Below are positions 29,332-40,828 of a DNA stretch of 64,000 nucleotides, piece after piece. The stretch is taken from contig CBFHTA010000001.1 in assembly GCA_965658655.1 (NCBI GenBank), forward strand, positions 424,722 to 488,721, given 5' to 3'. Numbering within the stretch: position 1 is the stretch's first letter; the number at the start of each line of letters is the position of its first letter. A model generated the notes under the pieces. That model did no database searches and had not been told where the DNA came from. It saw only the letters and a list, made by a program, of their open reading frames with translations. The DNA comes from Candidatus Babelota bacterium. Its GTDB lineage: Bacteria; Babelota; Babeliae; Babelales; CAIQNR01. Made by a program: the position numbers and the translations under genes.

Positions 29332-29362
29332 GATTCATCTCCTTAGATAAGAATTAGTAAGA

Positions 29363-30262
29363 TTATAACGTCTTTCTGAGTCTCTCATATAATGCTATGT
29401 CGGCACAAGAGTAATAGATATCTCCTTTATAAGCCGGCACAAAACAGGGAGCGTCTTCTTTATAATTAAATTTGAGCTTTAATTCATTATAAATGTCTAA
29501 GACAGTGGTTGTTTTTCCGGTCCCAATGTTTATAGGTTGTCCGTTACATTTATCTTTAGGTAACAGAGCAAGATGCATATTTGCTTTTACTACTTGTGTT
29601 ACTGGAATAAAGTCTCTACTTTGGTTGCCATCTCCAAAAATAGTAACGAGTTTATTTTCTGCCATAAGTTGAGAAAATTTTGCAAATACACCTGCGTAGG
29701 GTCCAGATGCACTTTGGCGTTCTCCAATTACATTAAAATAACGTAAACAAACAGAAGGGACACCATCGATTAAACCCGCGTATTGTTGGCAGAGAAGTTC
29801 TCCTATCCATTTAGAAGATGCGTAGGGTGATGCTGGATTACAAGGTGTAGTTTCTGCACAGGGAGTTGTTTGTTGTCCATATACAGCACAAGAAGAAGAT
29901 AATACAAAACGTTGTATTTTGTTTTTTCTCGCTGCATTTAAAAGATTAAAGGTTCCCGTAACATTCACCTCGTGGCAAAATTCTGGTTCGTGCATAGAGA
30001 GTGCAACAGATACACATGCGGCTAGATGAAAAATATAGTCTGATTCTTTGCTTGCGTTTAAACAAGTTTCTGAATCTCGAATGTCCCCTTCAATAAATGT
30101 GATAGATTTAATTGATTGTGCAAGGTTTTCTTTGTTACCCGTAGAAAGGTTATCAAGAACCGTAACTTTTGCTTCTGCCTTTACCAATGCATCAACTAGA
30201 TGTGATCCTATGAACCCTGCTCCCCCGGTTACTAACACTTTCTTGTTCTTGTATTGCTTCAT
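29363..30262 (-). CDS. NAD-dependent nucleotide-sugar epimerase/dehydratase
   Basis: TGGAGFIGSH, YASSK, LRYFNV, GDGNQSRDF. Confidence 0.93.
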   Translation of the reverse strand: MKQYKNKKVLVTGGAGFIGSHLVDALVKAEAKVTVLDNLSTGNKENLAQSIKSITFIEGDIRDSETCLNASKESDYIFHLAACVSVALSMHEPEFCHEVNVTGTFNLLNAARKNKIQRFVLSSSCAVYGQQTTPCAETTPCNPASPYASSKWIGELLCQQYAGLIDGVPSVCLRYFNVIGERQSASGPYAGVFAKFSQLMAENKLVTIFGDGNQSRDFIPVTQVVKANMHLALLPKDKCNGQPINIGTGKTTTVLDIYNELKLKFNYKEDAPCFVPAYKGDIYYSCADIALYERLRKTL

Positions 30263-31565
30263 TATCTTTTCCTGCTAATTGTTCTGCCATTGTTTTGCCA
30301 TCGAGTACCGCTTCTTGCATGCTTGAATATTTCCATGCACCATAACGCCCAATAGAATAAATTTTTTCTGTTTCGAGTGTGTTCAAAAGTAATGGTAAAT
30401 TTTTCTCTCTCCAGAAATCAAATACTACATACGCATGAGAGATAAACATAGTTCTTTGTGTAATAACTTGAGCATCAGAAACTTGTAGCAATTCTCTTGT
30501 GGCTTTTTTCCCATCTTCAACAATAGTTTTAATTTGCTCTGGTTTTTTATGTAAGTATGCATACTCTCCATAAACAGAGCTACAACCGTTTGGCACCATG
30601 CTGTTTGAAAAGTTGTGGTAAAATCCCATGCGATAATGGGGGAATTTGCTTTCTGGTAAGTATACCCAGTGTTTATCTGAAACGTTATCTGACTGTATTC
30701 CCAAATTAAAGTTAGCAACTGAGTTGCATAAAAGTTTTGGTGCTGCTTTTTTTAATGAGCTACTTGAAGCTTCTTTTGTCATGTTAAGTAAAGTGTCGAG
30801 CGGTATGGTGTTTACTAATGTTTCGTACTTTTCGAAATCGCCATTGGTAAAGGTTATTACTTTGTTTTTAGTATCAATAGATTCTACACAGTATTTTGTG
30901 TGTATTTCTGTTTTAACCTGTTCTGCAAATTTTTTAATCCAATAATTTATACCCCCTGTTTTAGGGTATAAAAATTGCCCGTTGTATCCAGTGCTACTAT
31001 TGGTTGTTGGTGCGGCAATACCCGCGATAATATCTTCTAAAGAAGTATCAGGGACAAATCGGCTGGTCCACGACGCTGCAATTTTTTTGCTGTCGTAGGC
31101 AAAGATTTTTTGTTGGTAGGGTGCAAAGAAATGCTTTACAATGCCGGCGCCAAATTTTCTTACTGCCCAATCATAAAACGTTTCATTGGTTTGTTCTTCT
31201 TTTGGTCGGAGGACGAATCCTTCTATACATTCGGCTATTACATCGATCGGTAAACCATGCAAATTAGATTGGAATGGATAATGTGTATAGGTGTTGTGTG
31301 AATATACATAAGAACGTCTTTTAATAGTGTTAAAAGATTCAAGGCCTACGATTTCTTTTAATAGTGTACTAAAGTAGGGATCGCTGCTGTGCAAAAGATG
31401 CCCTGTGTAATCAAAGGTAAAACCGTCTTGCTCAACAGAACGACAGAGCCCTCCAATGGTGCGCTCTTTTTCGTAAATTTTAAAATCGGTGAATCCAAGT
31501 TTTTCTAAATGATAAGCGGTCGAAAGCCCTGTAAGACCTGCCCCAATAATAACAACGCGCGCCAT
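30192..31565 (-). CDS. FAD-dependent oxidoreductase (protoporphyrinogen-oxidase-like / UDP-galactopyranose-mutase-like family)
   Basis: IIGAGLTGL, GGLCRS, FDYTGHLLH, FLYPKTGG, GRYGAWKY. Confidence 0.88.
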   Translation of the reverse strand: MARVVIIGAGLTGLSTAYHLEKLGFTDFKIYEKERTIGGLCRSVEQDGFTFDYTGHLLHSSDPYFSTLLKEIVGLESFNTIKRRSYVYSHNTYTHYPFQSNLHGLPIDVIAECIEGFVLRPKEEQTNETFYDWAVRKFGAGIVKHFFAPYQQKIFAYDSKKIAASWTSRFVPDTSLEDIIAGIAAPTTNSSTGYNGQFLYPKTGGINYWIKKFAEQVKTEIHTKYCVESIDTKNKVITFTNGDFEKYETLVNTIPLDTLLNMTKEASSSSLKKAAPKLLCNSVANFNLGIQSDNVSDKHWVYLPESKFPHYRMGFYHNFSNSMVPNGCSSVYGEYAYLHKKPEQIKTIVEDGKKATRELLQVSDAQVITQRTMFISHAYVVFDFWREKNLPLLLNTLETEKIYSIGRYGAWKYSSMQEAVLDGKTMAEQLAGKDNEAIQEQESVSNRGSRVHRITSS

Positions 31566-31674
31566 ACGTCTCCTTTTTATGTTGCGAAGTGTGTGTTGCC
31601 TAGTTATAGAATGAAAGTTTTGGTGTGTCTAGTTTTGTATGTGTACCATAATTGCAATTAACTGAACGAGCCTT

Positions 31675-31977
31675 ATGATTATAAAAAAATTATATATTTC
31701 ATCATTGCTTATAGCACAAGTTTGTTACGGAGCAGATGAGAATCTTTTTGTTAAAATATGTAAAGGTATGGAAGTGCAACAAGGTGATAGATAGATTTGT
31801 TGCGATGCTTTTGCAGTAGGTACCTATGCAGTATTAACGGTAAGTTATTTGTATTTTGGTTATTCTTTTGGGAGAGAACGACGATTATATTTAGCTAAAG
31901 ACCCATATCAGTGTGATGTATATACATTACAAAATGGTTGGAGGAATCATAGAAAAATACAATTCTTTAGCCAATGA
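31675..31977 (+). pseudogene. Secreted-type ORF interrupted by one in-frame TAG (31792-31794)
   Basis: MIIKKLYISSLLIAQVCYGADE...GDR*ICCD...FFSQ*; the frame fills the intergenic gap. Confidence 0.55.
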
Positions 31978-31982
31978 AATTA

Positions 31983-32588
31983 TTAACTAAGATGCCGTGT
32001 ACGTTTTCTTTTTTTAGTAGGTTTTACTAGAGCTAGTTTCTTCTGTTCTGTTTGTTTTGGTGGCTTTAAAGAAAATGAGAGCTTCTTTTTACGGGTAGTG
32101 TCTCTAAAGGCATAGGGCAATGATTCTTGTTTTAGAGCGAATTGGCCTTTGCGTAGTTTTGGTTCTAGTTCTTGGGGAATGGTTAAAACTAAACAGAAGA
32201 TAGTTACAGGATTAAGATTTTCTTTGTGGTTAAAATGAAAATGCAGCGTTTGATCTTTAGATTTCCACTGTCCGTCGCTCACTAGTGTTTCTTCGATAGG
32301 ATAAAATTGTTTGCCAGGTTCTTTTTTAAAGAGCGACCCTGAAAGATTATCTATAGATTCACCTTTCCATGAAACATCAAGATTGTGAAGCGAGACAGGT
32401 TCTTTGCTTCGTTTCCTAAAAACAAAGGTGCCAGATAAAATCCATTTACCTCCAAATTGTTGGATGTGCCGTTCTGAACTATCTAAATTTTTCCAACACG
32501 ATTCTATTGAAATTTCATGCGTCGGCGCAGCTTTTAAGAGCAGCGCCACACTGCACAGTGCGACCATAATAACGTTAACACGTCTCAT
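31983..32588 (-). CDS. Putative secreted beta-rich hypothetical protein
   Basis: Signal-like N-terminus, GAGGG RBS, basic C-terminal tail. Confidence 0.8.
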   Translation of the reverse strand: MRRVNVIMVALCSVALLLKAAPTHEISIESCWKNLDSSERHIQQFGGKWILSGTFVFRKRSKEPVSLHNLDVSWKGESIDNLSGSLFKKEPGKQFYPIEETLVSDGQWKSKDQTLHFHFNHKENLNPVTIFCLVLTIPQELEPKLRKGQFALKQESLPYAFRDTTRKKKLSFSLKPPKQTEQKKLALVKPTKKRKRTRHLS

Positions 32589-32667
32589 TTGTACCCTCTC
32601 ATAAGAGATATGAGTAAAACCTTTTTCTTAATCTATCATAGAGAGGTTGGGTGATGAAAGGTTCTGT

Positions 32668-33471
32668 TTAGAAATAGGTTCTAACTTCAAACCGAGCTAC
32701 GTTTTTGCCCAGTTGGTCAGGTAAAGGAGGAAACGGGGAAGCAGACCAAACATCTTGAATACAGAGTTCATCGTACGGTTTGTAGCCAGATGATAGAATA
32801 ATATCAATATCTTCTACATCACCTTTTTTATTAATGGTAATACTGCATTGTAGATGGTTTTTAATCAACTTATTAGAAAGCCATTGTTCAAGAGGAACTT
32901 TATTTTTAACCCGATTGAAACGAGCTGCATTATTTAAATGCTTCAAGAAGCTAGACCATAAGCTGTAATACTTAATATCTCCTTCTCGAATAACTAACGG
33001 TTGGCCGGCACCGTCCCCATCAACTTGAAGATTACTTTTTTGAGGCATCTTAAAGTTGCGTCTTGCTTGGTTAAGCATTTCTGCCAACGTTGGCTCTTGT
33101 TTTATAGGTGTTACTACTGAAGGCTTCTCTTTAACTTCCGTAATCTTCTCGGGTGCTTGAGCCGGAGGCCGATGAATTTTTTGGGATGCAGTTTGTTCGG
33201 TTTGTTCTGATGGCGGCGGTACTGATGCTCGGGCGGCTTGAGGTGAAGGTTGATGAGTTTGAGAGAGTGAGCCGGGAGCTTTATTTGGATCCATTTGATG
33301 ACCATAAAAAACGATAGGTGCAGGCACTTTAAAGGCGAATCTTTTTTGAGTTGGCTTGCGAACTAAGCTTGGCTTATTTTGAAGCGAAACAAAAATAGCA
33401 GCCAGTATTAGTAAATGGATACTGATAGATAGTCCAAACCATAGGAAATGATCATTTTTTGCAGTATTCAT
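32668..33471 (-). CDS. TonB/TolA-like protein
   Basis: N-terminal TM with SISIHLL, Pro/Gln-rich linker, C-terminal I...G......SSG...YD......V..ASPFPPLP. Confidence 0.8.
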   Translation of the reverse strand: MNTAKNDHFLWFGLSISIHLLILAAIFVSLQNKPSLVRKPTQKRFAFKVPAPIVFYGHQMDPNKAPGSLSQTHQPSPQAARASVPPPSEQTEQTASQKIHRPPAQAPEKITEVKEKPSVVTPIKQEPTLAEMLNQARRNFKMPQKSNLQVDGDGAGQPLVIREGDIKYYSLWSSFLKHLNNAARFNRVKNKVPLEQWLSNKLIKNHLQCSITINKKGDVEDIDIILSSGYKPYDELCIQDVWSASPFPPLPDQLGKNVARFEVRTYF

Positions 33472-33629
33472 AAAACCCTTTAAATCATAAACAAGCTTAT
33501 TTTGCAGTATACCGTTTAACTCGTATAATTGTCCAAGTTTAAAGTATTTAGAGCTTATTTTTCATCATCAGCCTCATTGACAAATAGAAATAATAATGTA
33601 CTGTTATCTATAGTATTAAACTTTTTTTT

Positions 33630-34232
33630 ATGGAGTATATTGTGAAAAAAGTAATAATTGTTATTTCTATGCTTATGTTTTTATCTATGACTACTTTTTC
33701 ATGGTCTCGTAGACCAGAAAATGTGTTTGTTTATAATGAGCAGAGAGTAGAGCAAGAAATTGCGCATCAAGATTTAAGAAGTTTTTCTATGTTAGGAACA
33801 CCTGCATGGCAAAGCGAAACAAATCAAAGAGATCGGCATCTTGATCAACTTTGTAGTGAATTAGATCGGGGGGGTGATGATCAATTGATGAGCGTATTGC
33901 CTTTATATAAAGAATCATTGGAGGCTTACTTTCAGAATATTTGTTCTGAAGTTCAAACTGTAATAAGATGTGTTGATTTGTTTGATTTTTTAAATCATAG
34001 AGATCGAGAAGTGATGGCGTCACGTTTAAAAAATGTTGTTGTTGAACACCGACAATTTCTACAGAGTCCTCCTCATACACATAATCTAACGAGGTTTCTT
34101 GGTTATTCTCACCAAGATATTCAAGAGGTTTTAGAAAGAGTTGGAATTTTAGATGACGCTTTTTCTGATATTTTGCCTCATGAGGCTGATAATGCAAGTG
34201 ATATTGGTGAAGAAAGTGATTGTAATGAATAA
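33630..34232 (+). CDS. Putative secreted hypothetical protein (start may be GTG 33642)
   Basis: Signal-like N-terminus, upstream TTGACA promoter. Confidence 0.75.
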   Translation: MEYIVKKVIIVISMLMFLSMTTFSWSRRPENVFVYNEQRVEQEIAHQDLRSFSMLGTPAWQSETNQRDRHLDQLCSELDRGGDDQLMSVLPLYKESLEAYFQNICSEVQTVIRCVDLFDFLNHRDREVMASRLKNVVVEHRQFLQSPPHTHNLTRFLGYSHQDIQEVLERVGILDDAFSDILPHEADNASDIGEESDCNE

Positions 34233-34881
34233 AAAATTATTAAGTATAGTTTTATTTACTGTAGTATTTTTTGTAAAGGGTGAAAATGTACCCAATCCTC
34301 TTAATGTTGAAGAGCAAATGGCAGAATTGCTAAGAGGTAATATTGCAAGATCTCAAGGTACACCATTTATTGTATTTCTGAGGCGGGGTACCAGTTTTGT
34401 TAGATTCAGTGAACTTCCAGGAAGGAACATGAATCACAATGTTAGGCAAGGGAGGCATTCTGCAGGGTCTGCTCGTACAAGAGGGGTTGCGATGACCTCT
34501 GTTCGAACTGTTCAAGGTAGAGTAGGTCGTCAATTACATTTTGAAGATAGTCCCGAAACACAAGCACAGGCAGATCAATTACGCGAAGACCGAATGAGAA
34601 GGGTTAGACCATTTTTACAACAACAATGGCAAGAAAATATCGCGGCAAGAGAAACGCTTCAAGGACGGGCTATTGCTGGGGATGCTCGGGAAATAATTGA
34701 AAGGTCACGCGCTAGACGAGCTGCAGGAATAGGGCAGCCAGAAGGGCAAGAAGTTGAAGTTGTTGAAGCAGGTGAAAATCATGTGGTTTTACAAGCTTTG
34801 AATGCAGAGCAATTGATAGAAGATGCTTTTCGTATGGCTAGAGATCAAGAATTGCCGGCTAATGAAGAAGAGTCGAGTTAA
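34225..34881 (+). CDS. Putative secreted Arg/Glu/Gln-rich hypothetical protein
   Basis: MNKKLLSIVLFTVVFFVKG signal from ATG 34225, overlapping the previous stop. Confidence 0.75.
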   Translation: MNKKLLSIVLFTVVFFVKGENVPNPLNVEEQMAELLRGNIARSQGTPFIVFLRRGTSFVRFSELPGRNMNHNVRQGRHSAGSARTRGVAMTSVRTVQGRVGRQLHFEDSPETQAQADQLREDRMRRVRPFLQQQWQENIAARETLQGRAIAGDAREIIERSRARRAAGIGQPEGQEVEVVEAGENHVVLQALNAEQLIEDAFRMARDQELPANEEESS

Positions 34882-34965
34882 AAGACTTTATACGATACAT
34901 GTTCAATTAAATTTTTTAGAAACTTACTTATAGTGATTCATCAATAATTATTACACAGGATAGAA

Positions 34966-35376
34966 ATGACAATGAATAAAAAATTAGTATTAATGAGCTT
35001 ATTAGTAACTACGTCGGTTGGTTTACAGGCTGCTCAGCCTAATCTTCCAGTGGATGGTTTAGTTGTTCTCGAAAACAGTCATGACAAGTATTTTGATCTA
35101 GTAGAACAGCATGGTCAGCGTGTACGAAACTTTTTACAAGAAAATAAATATGCAAAACAGTTGGCTGTACAAAAAGAAAGCACTGTTACAAGTTATTTTG
35201 AAACTATAAAAAAAATGTATGAAGAGTTGTCGGAGATAGATTTTAACGGACGTGCTTTTAATAAAGAGGCTGTTGGCATTCTTACGCTAAACACGCTTTC
35301 TGTAAAAAATGATCTAGAAGCTTTTATGGATACATTTGGTCTTTTGCCAGATGATTATGATAACGGTTTAATTTAA
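34966..35376 (+). CDS. Putative secreted hypothetical protein
   Basis: MNKKLVLMSLLVTTSVGLQA signal, AGGA RBS. Confidence 0.75.
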   Translation: MTMNKKLVLMSLLVTTSVGLQAAQPNLPVDGLVVLENSHDKYFDLVEQHGQRVRNFLQENKYAKQLAVQKESTVTSYFETIKKMYEELSEIDFNGRAFNKEAVGILTLNTLSVKNDLEAFMDTFGLLPDDYDNGLI

Positions 35377-35381
35377 TAGCA

Positions 35382-36302
35382 TTATCCAAAGAAAGCCTGA
35401 TTTTGTTTTTTGATAAGTTTCCAGTTTTGTCCCAATTGATGAGAACCTCCACGAGGACTTTCTAAGAATTTTAAGATTTCATTTAAAAACGAATGAGTAA
35501 GTGTGTGTGCTACACGTTGTCTTGTTAGCCAACGTTGTAGCACGCGTTTTTTTATGTACGGGTGTAGCTTTGAAAACACTTTTAAATCAAGTTTATTATT
35601 TCCCCCTAATAAAGATTCAAGTGTATGTTCGGTAATTTCTTGTAAGAAAAATTCTGCTTGCTGAATTTGGTCAAGTGAACGGGCAAAGTTAATCTCTGCT
35701 CGTGGGTCAATCGACTTGAAAGCTGGTACCACTGTTTTTCTAATACGGTTCCGTAAATATTTTTCTGAGTCATTGGTGAAATCTTCTAGGTAAGCAATTT
35801 TACGTTTTTTTAATGAGTCTAAAATCTCTTCTTTGGTAAGGTTCAAGAGTGGTCGATCATAAAAACCGTCTTGTGCTTTCATGCATGCAAGTCCTTGTGA
35901 AGTTGTGCCGCGTACCAATCGAATGAAAAAAGTTTCTATTTGATCGTCTGCATGGTGCCCCAAGAGTATTGCTTTTGCGTTGTATTCCAATAAGAGCATT
36001 TCAAGGAAATGTCGACGCATTTTTCTGCCAACTTCTTCTTGAGAGCCATTAGCTTTAATCTCAATCTTTAACTCAGATGTTTTTTTACTCACAAATTCTA
36101 CGTTTAGTTCTTTGCATAGTTGTTCACAAAATTTTGCATCTTTTTCTGACCCTTTGCGCCATTCATGATCTAGATGTGCAGCGACAATAGTAAGCTGTGG
36201 AAAGTTTTCTACCATGTGATACAAAAGGTACACCGAGTCTGGGCCTCCAGAAAGACCTAAAATATAGGTAGCATTAGGAATACATTGTGAATTAATTATC
36301 AT
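35382..36302 (-). CDS. tilS: tRNA(Ile)-lysidine synthetase (short form)
   Basis: SGGPDS PP-loop, HLDH, GHHADDQIET, RPLL, RNRIR. Confidence 0.93.
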   Translation of the reverse strand: MIINSQCIPNATYILGLSGGPDSVYLLYHMVENFPQLTIVAAHLDHEWRKGSEKDAKFCEQLCKELNVEFVSKKTSELKIEIKANGSQEEVGRKMRRHFLEMLLLEYNAKAILLGHHADDQIETFFIRLVRGTTSQGLACMKAQDGFYDRPLLNLTKEEILDSLKKRKIAYLEDFTNDSEKYLRNRIRKTVVPAFKSIDPRAEINFARSLDQIQQAEFFLQEITEHTLESLLGGNNKLDLKVFSKLHPYIKKRVLQRWLTRQRVAHTLTHSFLNEILKFLESPRGGSHQLGQNWKLIKKQNQAFFG

Positions 36303-36637
36303 TACTTACGGATCTCAAGACGTCTGTGTTGTGAATAAACGATAGCGATATTTTGTAATGTTAAAAGCTCACTTGCGTTTTCAAATCTCCCTATGTCAAG
36401 ATTATCTAAGATAGTTGCGGAAAAAGATATACATATAACACTATCAGGAATAGTTATATTACGTTTTTCATCGGTGTCTATGAATATTGTTTTTGTAGAG
36501 GTTTCTTTTTTTTCTTTATGGTGAATCTTACATTTAACTGTTAATAAAAAGGGGGTGTTGTTTTTAATAGTTAAAGGTGCTCCGCAAGCAATTTGACTAA
36601 AAGTGACTAATAATAATGTAAATAATGTTTTATTCAT
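36302..36637 (-). CDS. Small secreted hypothetical protein
   Basis: Signal peptide, TIKNNT motif, TAATG coupling to tilS. Confidence 0.7.
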   Translation of the reverse strand: MNKTLFTLLLVTFSQIACGAPLTIKNNTPFLLTVKCKIHHKEKKETSTKTIFIDTDEKRNITIPDSVICISFSATILDNLDIGRFENASELLTLQNIAIVYSQHRRLEIRK

Positions 36638-36645
36638 TTTGTTTC

Positions 36646-36990
36646 TTAATGGCTTATAGTTGCTATTATTAATTGTTTTGGTGCTGTCTGGTTATAGCAT
36701 ATTCTGAATATTCTACAGGAAGAATTGGCAGGAATTGAAAAATCTTGTTCAGTATCTTTTATTTTTACTTTTAATCCATATATGGCATCTTGCACTGTTT
36801 TTTCTTGTTGAGGTTCGATCGTCATAGATGGTATCCAAGCTATTCCTAAGATATGGTTCTTTTCGGCTTGATACACTACAATATTTTTATCGCTATCATT
36901 ACGAATAGTAAAAAAATTTGGATGATCCCCACCATCTGAACTAAAGAGAGATGAAGTACAAAAAAGTAGTGTTAATAACCAGGTGTCCAT
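36646..36990 (-). CDS. Small secreted hypothetical protein
   Basis: Signal-like N-terminus, TIRNDS motif, beta-rich. Confidence 0.65.
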   Translation of the reverse strand: MDTWLLTLLFCTSSLFSSDGGDHPNFFTIRNDSDKNIVVYQAEKNHILGIAWIPSMTIEPQQEKTVQDAIYGLKVKIKDTEQDFSIPANSSCRIFRICYNQTAPKQLIIATISH

Positions 36991-37009
36991 CTTTTTTGTA
37001 CTTCCAACT

Positions 37010-39484
<2,475 letters not shown>

Positions 39485-39563
39485 TCATAGTGTACCCTAA
39501 GAATCGATATTTTGCCAAAAATGAGGGTGTAAAAGCAAGAAATAAGCTTGAGGAACGGAATTT

Positions 39564-40049
39564 ATGGAAAATAAACATAACAAATATATGGATCAGGCAC
39601 TTGAGCTTGCACAGCAAGCGTATGATGCAGGCGAAGTTCCCATTGGAGCTGTAGTGGTAGATCAAGATGGCACGATCATTGGGCAAGGTTATAATACTGT
39701 AGAAAAAAATTTGACCCAAACAGCGCATGCTGAAATACAGGCACTGAAACATGCCGCTCAGACAAAAAATAATTGGCGCCTTCAGGATTGTACTTTGTAT
39801 GTCACCCTTGAGCCTTGTTCTATGTGTTTTTTTGCAACTAAATTAAGTCGTGTAAAGGCGATTTATTTTGGGGCACCTTCACCTTTATTTGGTTGTCACC
39901 TTGACAAGGATTGTTTTCTTTCGCTATACAACAATGATGCTCTTTTTATTACGGGGGGCATAAGGGAAGAGGAAAGTAAACAAATTTTGAAGCAATTTTT
40001 TCAGAAAAAAAGGAACGCGGGTGACCAAAGTAAAGGGTGCACAAACTAA
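39564..40049 (+). CDS. tadA: tRNA adenosine(34) deaminase
   Basis: EVPIGAVVV, HAEI, TLEPCSMC. Confidence 0.92.
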   Translation: MENKHNKYMDQALELAQQAYDAGEVPIGAVVVDQDGTIIGQGYNTVEKNLTQTAHAEIQALKHAAQTKNNWRLQDCTLYVTLEPCSMCFFATKLSRVKAIYFGAPSPLFGCHLDKDCFLSLYNNDALFITGGIREEESKQILKQFFQKKRNAGDQSKGCTN

Positions 40050-40404
40050 TCACAATGAAGTAAAAAGTATTCTTCTTATACGCAAGCAGGAGCTCGAAGA
40101 AGAGTTTTCTCATTTAGATGCAGATAGAGATGATGATCAAATTCAAGATCCTGCAGATCAAGCTTCTTCGTCTGCGCTTGAAACACTCAAAAGTTCGCTA
40201 CAAAGTAATGAGTATGAAGAGTACAAAATGATCATGAACGCACTTGAGATGATAGAAGAAGGTTCTTACGGTAAATGTATAGATTGTCATGAATGTATAT
40301 CTCTTAAACGTCTTGAGTCATATCCGAACGCCGCTCGTTGCTTAATTTGCCAAGAAACTGCGGAAGAAATGGTAGCTGGAAATCAAATTCATTCTTTTTT
40401 GTAG
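40021..40404 (+). CDS. dksA: DksA/TraR-family C4 zinc-finger protein
   Basis: DPADQAS coiled-coil tip, YGKCIDC...RL...P.A.RCLICQE. Confidence 0.85.
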   Translation: MTKVKGAQTNHNEVKSILLIRKQELEEEFSHLDADRDDDQIQDPADQASSSALETLKSSLQSNEYEEYKMIMNALEMIEEGSYGKCIDCHECISLKRLESYPNAARCLICQETAEEMVAGNQIHSFL

Positions 40405-40807
40405 ACGCTCTTTGTTTTGAGGGGGCTACCAAATGTAGTACTAATGGATCTTTATAGGGATCGTAGGTATCTTCTCGTAGCTTGCGCTGTACAAATAGAT
40501 TTTTAAGTGGTTCTCCAATTGTGTCAGGGTTTCTTTGTAGCATAATTTTTAAAACTAGATCACCGATAGTTTTTTCTTTCATATATTCTTGAACTAATGG
40601 TTTCATGTCTTTATATACATCTTCGATATTTTTTCTTACCGCCCATATTACAAAGTCATCAAAGATACCTGTGTTTTTCATATGTTTTTCAATTTCGCCT
40701 GGTGCAAGTAGGGGTTCTACAAATTGATCTTCATATGGATTGTAGGTATTTTCTGCAGCATGTACGTTCATTGTTATTAGTACAAATAATCCAATTAATA
40801 TTTGCAT
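40304..40807 (-). CDS. Putative secreted hypothetical protein with internal repeat
   Basis: Signal MQILIGLFVLITMNVHA; TYNPYEDQFV..LLAP / TYDPYKDPLV..LVAP. Confidence 0.65.
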   Translation of the reverse strand: MQILIGLFVLITMNVHAAENTYNPYEDQFVEPLLAPGEIEKHMKNTGIFDDFVIWAVRKNIEDVYKDMKPLVQEYMKEKTIGDLVLKIMLQRNPDTIGEPLKNLFVQRKLREDTYDPYKDPLVLHLVAPSKQRASTKKNEFDFQLPFLPQFLGKLSNERRSDMTQDV

Positions 40808-40828
40808 GTAATTCTTTCTTGTTGATTA

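Noticed and set aside
31792..31794. Stop-codon reassignment as the explanation for the in-frame TAG
   Set aside because: Other genes here end normally at TAG, TGA and TAA, and core genes are uninterrupted
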